Assembly (NCBI GenBank): GCA_963746845.1
Contig: CAVVCZ010000004.1
Span: forward strand, 544,001 to 608,000
Length of the DNA: 64,000 bases
Origin: an uncultured Chloroflexia bacterium
GTDB taxonomy: Bacteria > Chloroflexota > Limnocylindria > Limnocylindrales > CSP1-4
Direction of reading: 5' to 3'
The notes under the pieces were generated by a model. That model made no database searches and had not been told where the DNA came from. It saw only the letters and a program-made list of their open reading frames with translations. Position 1 is the stretch's first letter; each line of letters begins with the position of its first letter. Below, piece after piece: positions 58,158-64,000 of the stretch. A program made the position numbers and the translations under genes.

Positions 58158-58715
58158 GAACCCCTTGCGACCAGGCGATCGGCGGTCGCAACAACAGAAG
58201 CATCCACCCGAGATGGGCCGGAGGCCATAGCGAATGTGGGCCTGCAGGCGGACCCGGTGGTCGTGTCACCCAGGCCGACGTCTGGTGGAGACGGAGGCGG
58301 TCGGGAGGGGGCGTCCTGGGGGACGTTCGTGGGGGCCACGTCGCACTAGTCTACCCATTTGCGGATCGGACTTCGGGTCGTCACCGCAAGGAAGGCAGTC
58401 CAGAACGCTAAACCTTTCCCCCGGACTGATACTCCGCCTTCGCCTTGCCCTGGCCGATGTACTCGTTCGTGGCGATGCTGAACTGGTACTCGCTCTCCTG
58501 TGGTCCGCCGGAAGAAGAACTACGCGCTGTCCCCGGCCCATGGCAGCAACGCTGGCACCAATAGGGCCGCATATCGGCACCCACGCGACCCCCGATTAGA
58601 CCGCGTTTACGCACAAACCGTACGCCCGCAACCGCCGGCGTACGCTACGGGCAAGCCTGCGGGACTGGTGGTCCTCGGTTCAAATCCGGCCGCTCCGACC
58701 AACATCCGAACGTGA

Positions 58716-58748
58716 AACGACCCCGCCGGTAGTCCGAGCGGGGTCGTT
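58716..58748. terminator. 11-bp stem hairpin after attR (terminator-like)
   Basis: aacgaccccgc / gcggggtcgtt. Confidence 0.6.
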
Positions 58749-59122
58749 GACCGCAGTTCTGGCTCGCGACGTCCTCCCGTCGCGCGTGGGGCCGTCACGA
58801 GCGCCCCGGCTTCCCACAGTGCGACTCCAAACCCCTTCAATCCGATCCTCTGGCCAGCCTGGCCAACTCGCTGACGTCGCAACACCCTTGAAGTACCCAC
58901 GCCGCAAGTCCCAGAACTCGGCACGGTCCCGATGCTCGGCAACTCGTCGCTTGTGCTCCTGCAGCAAGCCAAAGAGGACGTCGTCGAGCCCGGGCGAGCC
59001 AGTCGAGCGGCCAATCTTCACCATAGGTCCGACTCGGCTCCGCGTAGCGAACGATCAGGCCAGCGACACCGGGCAATTCAAGGCGACCGAGAGGCCGTAA
59101 CGAAACGGCTGGAATAGCGTCG

Positions 59123-59416
59123 ATGTCGCATGAAGTGGCACGGATGATTCGCGACCGGCCGCTGGCCCATCTCGCCGGGATCGCCGGCATCGTCGGCCAG
59201 TTGGCGAGCGCCTACTGGTACCTCCTATTCCCGTTGCTGGTCGTCCCGTCGCCCACGAGCTACTTCTTCTTCGCAGCGTGGTTCGTCCTGGTCGGGCTCA
59301 CGATCGCCTGGTGGCGAGACCATCCGATGCGTTCGTTCTTCGTTCCGGTCGTGTCGGTGCCGGTCGCAATCCTGCTCCAGTGGGTCGGCACGACATACCT
59401 TGGCTGGGCGCCATGA
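59123..59416 (+). CDS. Small 3-TM membrane protein
   Basis: 97 aa, aromatic and hydrophobic helices. Confidence 0.65.
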   Translation: MSHEVARMIRDRPLAHLAGIAGIVGQLASAYWYLLFPLLVVPSPTSYFFFAAWFVLVGLTIAWWRDHPMRSFFVPVVSVPVAILLQWVGTTYLGWAP

Positions 59417-59644
59417 GAGCGTCACCGACCTCGTTCCGGACGCCGGTGGCAGCCTCCGGAACCCTGATCGCGGTCACATGCAATGGATTGGCTACGTGTG
59501 ACAGCCAGGCCGGCGGCGTCGACGGGCCGTCTTGCGTCTGCGACGGCGCAACGGAACGGTGAGCGAAGCGTTTCCTTGACGGGAGCGCCACAGTGAACCG
59601 CACTCAGTCAGCGAGGTCTGCCGATGCAGACGCGGGAGGTTCCG

Positions 59645-60067
59645 ATGACAGATCCCGAGCTCGACTCCAATCGCCGCGAGACCATCAGCCGCTTCTTCGC
59701 GGCGATCCAGGCGGGCGACTACGCCGTCCTGCGGGAGGTGCTGACAGCCGACGCGATCACCCGCTGGCCGCAAACGGGCGAGCGCATGACCAGTGCGATG
59801 AGTTGCATCCGGGTCTACGAAAACTACCCCGGGGGACCGCCGTCCTACACCGTTCATCGGATCTCGGGCAGCGGAGACGTGTGGGTCGCGGAGTTGGTGT
59901 CCAGCTACAGCGATGGACGCTGGTACACGGTCAGCGTCATCGAGTTCGACGGGGAGCAGATCGCACGGATGACCGACTACTTCGGACCGACCATCCCTGC
60001 CCCGGAGTGGCGAGCGGCGTTGGTTGAGCACGACGAGTTCATGCTCTTGCCAAGTGAGCCAGGTTAG
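59645..60067 (+). CDS. SnoaL/NTF2-like protein
   Basis: RWPQTGER, YENYPG, GSGDVWV, VSVIEF..QI...TDYF, APEWR; SD GGAGG. Confidence 0.85.
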   Translation: MTDPELDSNRRETISRFFAAIQAGDYAVLREVLTADAITRWPQTGERMTSAMSCIRVYENYPGGPPSYTVHRISGSGDVWVAELVSSYSDGRWYTVSVIEFDGEQIARMTDYFGPTIPAPEWRAALVEHDEFMLLPSEPG

Positions 60068-60089
60068 AAGCACAGCGAGGCCAGACGAC

Positions 60090-60530
60090 ATGCGACCGCC
60101 ATCGTCTGCACTCGACGGCGATGGGACGCTCTACGCCTTCCTTTTCCTGGGCTGGATCCCGCCCGCGGTGGCGGCCGTGGTCGGCGGGCTGATCGTCGCA
60201 TTCGCCACGGGCAACATCTTTGCACTCGTCGGGGTCGCCCTCGTCGGGACCGTGGTCGGCTATGTCGCCTGTCTCGCGGTGCTCTTCACCATCGGCAATC
60301 TCCTCGCTGGGCGGGTGGGCGAGCGAGTCGCGAATGGGTTCCTCGTGTTGAATGTCGCGTTCTCGGTTGCCGCCGCGCTCGCCGTCGCCGTCGCCGTCGC
60401 CGCGTCGGGTTTCAAGTTCGATCCAGTTCTCTTCGACGCGGTCGTCCAGGCGATGACGACCGTTCTCGGGCTCATCCTGATCGCCGGGATGATCGTCGCA
60501 CTCGCCCTCATGCGGAGGTCGCGGTCCTGA
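60090..60530 (+). CDS. Hydrophobic membrane protein
   Basis: About 4 TM segments. Confidence 0.6.
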   Translation: MRPPSSALDGDGTLYAFLFLGWIPPAVAAVVGGLIVAFATGNIFALVGVALVGTVVGYVACLAVLFTIGNLLAGRVGERVANGFLVLNVAFSVAAALAVAVAVAASGFKFDPVLFDAVVQAMTTVLGLILIAGMIVALALMRRSRS

Positions 60531-60534
60531 CGGG

Positions 60535-60738
60535 CTATCGCCACGAAGCGAGCATCCACGCCCAGCCGGCCTCCCAGTAGCGTCCGTCACGCTCGAGGCC
60601 GTCCCGGGCCGCCTGGAGCTCCCACCCGGCCATCAAGGCCTCGGCGCGCTCAGGAGACTCGCCTTCGCCGATGAGACGCTGGAGCGTGCCGGCGCGATGC
60701 GCCTGGTAGATGCGTTCGGGCGTCGATCGGCGGGACAT
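60535..60738 (-). CDS. 67-aa hypothetical protein
   Basis: MSRRSTPERIYQAHRAG...RYWEAGWAW; strong SD AGGAGG. Confidence 0.7.
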   Translation of the reverse strand: MSRRSTPERIYQAHRAGTLQRLIGEGESPERAEALMAGWELQAARDGLERDGRYWEAGWAWMLASWR

Positions 60739-60885
60739 CGGCGACCTCCTGCGATGGGGTCGCGCGCCGGCACTCGGCGACCGTGGTTGGCGTGTCCGAC
60801 CGTAGCACTTCCGGCCCATTGATCGGCCCGGGCCGGTGCCGTTCGATTTGGGGTAGGTGGGGCCAAGAGAGCAGGAGTCGCGCGC

Positions 60886-61428
60886 GTGACGTACGTCTGG
60901 CCAGTCTTGTACGTGCTGGCGTTCCTCATCTTGTACACCCTAGCTGCCGGCACCCTCGAGATCAGTGGGATCAGCGCCGCGATCACCAAGCTGGCGCTCA
61001 CCGGCCAGAGGGTCCCCTACTCCAGGGCCCTCGAGTGGTACAACCTGGTGACCGAGGTCCTCGGGCTCATCATCGCCTTCTGCGCGACGCTGGCGACCTG
61101 GTCGATCCGACACCCGGGTGGGGTCCGATCGAAGGTGAATCGGATCGTCGATTCGACGAAGGCACCGAGCGTCCGTGTCCTCGTCGCGTGGTGGGTCATC
61201 GCACCCTTCACGCTCGGCCTCGGCTACATCGCCGCGATCTATTCGTCATGGCGTTTCGCGACCGGCCACCGAAACGGTCGAGCGCCATCGGATCCCGCGC
61301 AGCAGGCGCCCGCGCAGGCAGATGCGCTCGCGTCACGTCTGGCGCAGCTGGACGCAGCTCGCGATGCCGGGCTGATCACGAACCAAGAGCACGCCGACAA
61401 GCGAGCGGCCGCGGTCCAAGCCTTCTAG
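60886..61428 (+). CDS. Membrane protein with C-terminal SHOCT domain
   Basis: 3 TM; RLAQLDAARDAGLITNQEHADKRAA; SD AGGAG. Confidence 0.7.
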   Translation: MTYVWPVLYVLAFLILYTLAAGTLEISGISAAITKLALTGQRVPYSRALEWYNLVTEVLGLIIAFCATLATWSIRHPGGVRSKVNRIVDSTKAPSVRVLVAWWVIAPFTLGLGYIAAIYSSWRFATGHRNGRAPSDPAQQAPAQADALASRLAQLDAARDAGLITNQEHADKRAAAVQAF

Positions 61429-61458
61429 AACGACGGAGGGCCTGGATACCCTTTGACC

Positions 61459-61620
61459 ATGAGCCCATCTGGCGATTGCCGGGGAATGGTGAAGCGCGCG
61501 TTCGTCCGCGAAGACGGACGCTGGATCGAGGTCGGCATCTTCTGCCCGGCCTGCAGGGGATTCTGGCCGACGCTCGAGGCGGCCCGATCGCACAAGGCCC
61601 CGGTAAGCAGCTCGCGCTAG
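61459..61620 (+). CDS. 53-aa CxxC microprotein (MSPSGDCRGMVKRAFVREDGRWIEVGIFCPACRGFWPTLEAARSHKAPVSSSR), not in ORF track
   Basis: TACCCT 6 nt before ATG (leaderless pattern); CPAC motif. Confidence 0.55.
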   Translation: MSPSGDCRGMVKRAFVREDGRWIEVGIFCPACRGFWPTLEAARSHKAPVSSSR

Positions 61621-61702
61621 GGTCCGGATCGCTCGCCGCTCCGGGTGTCGGCTACGTCTCGAGGCTAGATCGACGGCGACGGCGGGCCGCTATCCTCGGT
61701 CG

Positions 61703-62233
61703 ATGGATGCGGCCGTGTGGGGAGTCGTCGGCGTCATCGTCGGTGGCCTGATTACAGGGTTCGTGACGATTCGGGCGGAGAGCATCCGGGCAGACAAGGC
61801 CGCCAAGCTCGACAGCGCGAAGCGGCAGGACGACCGGAGGATCGCCTCAGACGCGTTCCAGCGCGAGAACCTCCTGAAGTTGCAGGAGGCGATCGAGGAG
61901 TGGATCGACAAGGTGATCGACCAAAACGATCGCGAGACAAGGTCGGTCCGTGGTGGAGGCTCTGTCGACTCCGATTCATCGGAGCCGCAGGCAGCGATCG
62001 ACGACGCCACGCGGCGCATGGACGTGTTTGCGCATCGCGTCCGGGACGACGCACTGCGATGGGCCTTCTGGGAAATGTCGGGGATGTATACCCACACTCG
62101 GGCGGAACTCGGTGACCGAGGCACTGACGATCCCATCACGGAAGAGCTGCTCGACGCCCAGGTGGATGCGCTCCAGGAAAAAGAGTCGGCCGTGACGATC
62201 CGACTCGGGGAGGTCTTGAGGGAGCTCCTCTGA
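61703..62233 (+). CDS. Hypothetical protein, N-terminal TM plus helical body
   Basis: VWGVVGVIVGGLIT; TATCCT 6 nt before ATG. Confidence 0.7.
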   Translation: MDAAVWGVVGVIVGGLITGFVTIRAESIRADKAAKLDSAKRQDDRRIASDAFQRENLLKLQEAIEEWIDKVIDQNDRETRSVRGGGSVDSDSSEPQAAIDDATRRMDVFAHRVRDDALRWAFWEMSGMYTHTRAELGDRGTDDPITEELLDAQVDALQEKESAVTIRLGEVLRELL

Positions 62234-62541
62234 CCGACACAAATTCTTGTGTCCCTTGGTTGCGAGATGTGGAGCGCGGGTTGTCGGCGAATTGAGTCGC
62301 CGTTAGGCCGCGCCTAGCGCCGGCAAATACGCCCACCGCGGCCCGCGACGTCCTCGAGGCCAGCTCCACGGGCGACGGTGCGCCGCTACGGTCGTGACCG
62401 TCGGTCCGAGCCCCGGGCGGCAGGGATACCGTGGGGACGATCAAATAGGGCGTTCGCCCAATGGCACGTCCCTTTCCGCCCCGCCTACCTTGCGTGACTC
62501 GGCACGACCGGCGCCGTCGAGGGTGTGTGGAGGTCAGCGCG

Positions 62542-62646
62542 ATGGGCGAAGGTCAGGCAGCGCAGCTGGTCGGGTTCGTGCTCGCGATCGCAGGCCTTCT
62601 GTTGGCGTTGGAGGCCGGACTGCGCCGCGACCGCCGCGGGCATTGA
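62542..62646 (+). CDS. 34-aa single-TM microprotein candidate
   Basis: SD GGAGG; MGEGQAAQLVGFVLAIAGLLLALEAGLRRDRRGH. Confidence 0.45.
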   Translation: MGEGQAAQLVGFVLAIAGLLLALEAGLRRDRRGH

Positions 62647-62901
62647 GGCCGCGAGGAGCCCATACCCGAGGACTGGTCGAAGCTCGATCAGCGGTGCGGG
62701 AGCCGTCACCCTGGGAGATGATCCAGCGGTATCCCGCCCCCCGAGCGGCCACGGTCCTTCGCAGCTGCACCGACGGCAACGGCAAGCCCCCGCGGGCGTC
62801 GGGTGCTTTGACGGTCGCCGTACCATTGAGGTTCGCTTGACCCCCCGCGATGGGGCGTGTCAGCCTCCGTTGCCGGTCGAGCCGCGTCGAGGAGGTGCCC
62901 C

Positions 62902-63300
62902 GTGAATGCGTTCATCGTGGACATCAAGAACAAGCCAGCCGAGCTCGCGAAGGTGGCTGAGGCTGTTGCGCACAAGGGGGTCGATATCACGGGCTTCAGC
63001 GGATCGACCTGTGGCGACAGTGCGACGCTGGCATTGGTCACTGACAACGAGGTCGACACTCGGAGTGCGTTGACTGACGGCGGCTGGAAGTTCCGCACGA
63101 TCGAGCTCGCGGAGACGTCGGTCGCCAACAAGCCCGGCACCCTGGCCGAGGCGGCGCGCAGGCTGTCCAATGCCGGGATCAACATCGAGGCCGCGTTCCC
63201 GACCAGCTTGACGGGGAGCACCGTCCACATCGTCTTCGCGACCGACAACCCGGCAAAGGCCAAGGAGGTGCTTCGCGAGCCGGTCGCTGCCAGCCGCTGA
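62902..63300 (+). CDS. Tandem ACT-domain protein
   Basis: NKPAELAKVAEAV..KGVDI and NKPGTLAEAARRL..AGINI; SD GAGGAGG. Confidence 0.85.
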   Translation: MNAFIVDIKNKPAELAKVAEAVAHKGVDITGFSGSTCGDSATLALVTDNEVDTRSALTDGGWKFRTIELAETSVANKPGTLAEAARRLSNAGINIEAAFPTSLTGSTVHIVFATDNPAKAKEVLREPVAASR

Positions 63301-63399
63301 GGAAGTCGGCGGTCGAAGACCGACATGATGAAGTCACTGAGCCCCGGGCCGATGCTCGGGGCTTCGTGACATCGAACCAGGCCGCCTCGGAGGATCGCC

Positions 63400-63753
63400 G
63401 TGAACTGCAGGCTCCTCTCCTTCGGCCTGATCGAGATTGACGGACACCAGTTCAACCACGACGTGGTGATCGAAGGGGATCGCGTTCGGCGGCGCAAGAA
63501 GGGCCCGTCGAAGTCGCGTCGGGCCGAGTTTGGCCATACGCCGCTGTCGGCCGACGAGGCGATCCCGTGGTCGTCGCCACGGCTCATCGTCGGCACCGGT
63601 TTCAACGGTCAGCTTCCGATCACCGGCGATCTCTACCGGGAGGCCGAGCGACGGGGCGTGGAGATCGTCGCGCGGCCAACCCGTGAGGCCTGCGAGCTGC
63701 TCGCGGCCGCCGACGTCGGATCCCGGGCAGCGATCCTCCACGTGACCTGCTGA
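63400..63753 (+). CDS. Mth938-like (DUF498) protein
   Basis: SFG.IEIDG, RRKK..S, GHTPLS, LIVGTG..G.L, PT.EAC, LHVTC. Confidence 0.85.
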   Translation: MNCRLLSFGLIEIDGHQFNHDVVIEGDRVRRRKKGPSKSRRAEFGHTPLSADEAIPWSSPRLIVGTGFNGQLPITGDLYREAERRGVEIVARPTREACELLAAADVGSRAAILHVTC

Positions 63754-63883
63754 GGTCCGCCTCGTTCGAGGTCTCGTCTATTGCGCCCGATCCGATTGAC
63801 GGGCCGACCCCGCGACGCCTAGGCTCAGGTCAAAGGGCGCTGCGCCGCATTCGCGAGGCTGCCCGAGGGATGGAGGGCTCGCA

Positions 63884-64000
63884 ATGATTCGGCGGATCAC
63901 CGGGATCATCCTTGGAGTGGTGGCCTTCCTGATCGTGTACTGGCTCACGGGCGGGACGGCGACGCCGGCCACCCCCAACTGGGCACTCTCGATCCTGGTC
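63884..64000 (+). CDS. Membrane protein, 3'-truncated by window
   Basis: SD GGAGG; MIRRITGIILGVVAFLIVYWLTGG... Confidence 0.55.
   Translation, partial: MIRRITGIILGVVAFLIVYWLTGGTATPATPNWALSILV

Larger units (their letters stand above)
56876..58702. mobile_element. tRNA-Pro-anchored islet remnant (attL 56876-56917, attR 58661-58702), no integrase
   Basis: 42-bp repeat of the tRNA 3' half with 2 mismatches; tggcagcaac-type repeats inside both ends. Confidence 0.82.

Noticed and set aside
58148-58339. 63-aa minus-strand uORF whose stop falls inside the riboswitch
   Set aside because: Low-complexity Pro-rich translation with no motif. The TAG coincides with conserved aptamer bases, so it is probably incidental despite a TAGACT upstream.
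58661-58702. Second tRNA-Pro gene
   Set aside because: Only the 3' half is present, with no D-arm or 5' acceptor strand. It is an att-type duplication.
62845-62880. Fluoride-riboswitch-like GCGATGG start
   Set aside because: It lacks the downstream conserved pairing and the CTGATG/CTAC elements.
1-64000. CRISPR array, rRNA, IS transposase, or toxin-antitoxin/defence operon
   Set aside because: I saw no regularly spaced repeats, rRNA signatures or recognisable motifs. Short tandem repeats (2854-2889, 27168-27200, 32271-32289) are coding or trivial.

Overview
Very GC-rich bacterial chromosome segment. Gene content and style suggest Chloroflexota, probably Limnocylindria-like; this placement is inference. 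Bases 1-56.9 kb are mostly co-oriented housekeeping genes: femAB-like (partial), murE, rel, hisS, aspS, typA, iscS-mnmA, alaS (one frameshift), an ftsA-like ATPase, a membrane-anchored baseplate-J-like protein, ruvX, mltG, an M24 peptidase, efp, an ECF sigma/DUF4232/GH3 module, xseAB, dxs, tlyA, nadK, recN, xerD, a site-2 protease, scpAB, rluB, cmk, plsC, ispH, der, gpsA and trpB2. These end at tRNA-Pro(GGG). An accessory region follows. It starts with a ~1.7 kb integrase-less islet bounded by a 42-bp duplication of the tRNA 3' end, then continues with many small orphan genes. Main highlights: (1) the islet carries a GEMM-I riboswitch with the A20 signature associated with 3',3'-cGAMP sensing, abutting the SD of a secreted beta-helix protein; (2) an FtsZ-independent FtsA-like actin sits beside a transmembrane baseplate-J-like protein, ruvX and mltG, a candidate undescribed envelope or cytoskeletal module; (3) a structured repeat occurs twice with compensatory base changes, one copy inside a 388-bp insert flanked by a 14-bp direct repeat; (4) many genes look leaderless; (5) several small ORFs are absent from the ORF track.
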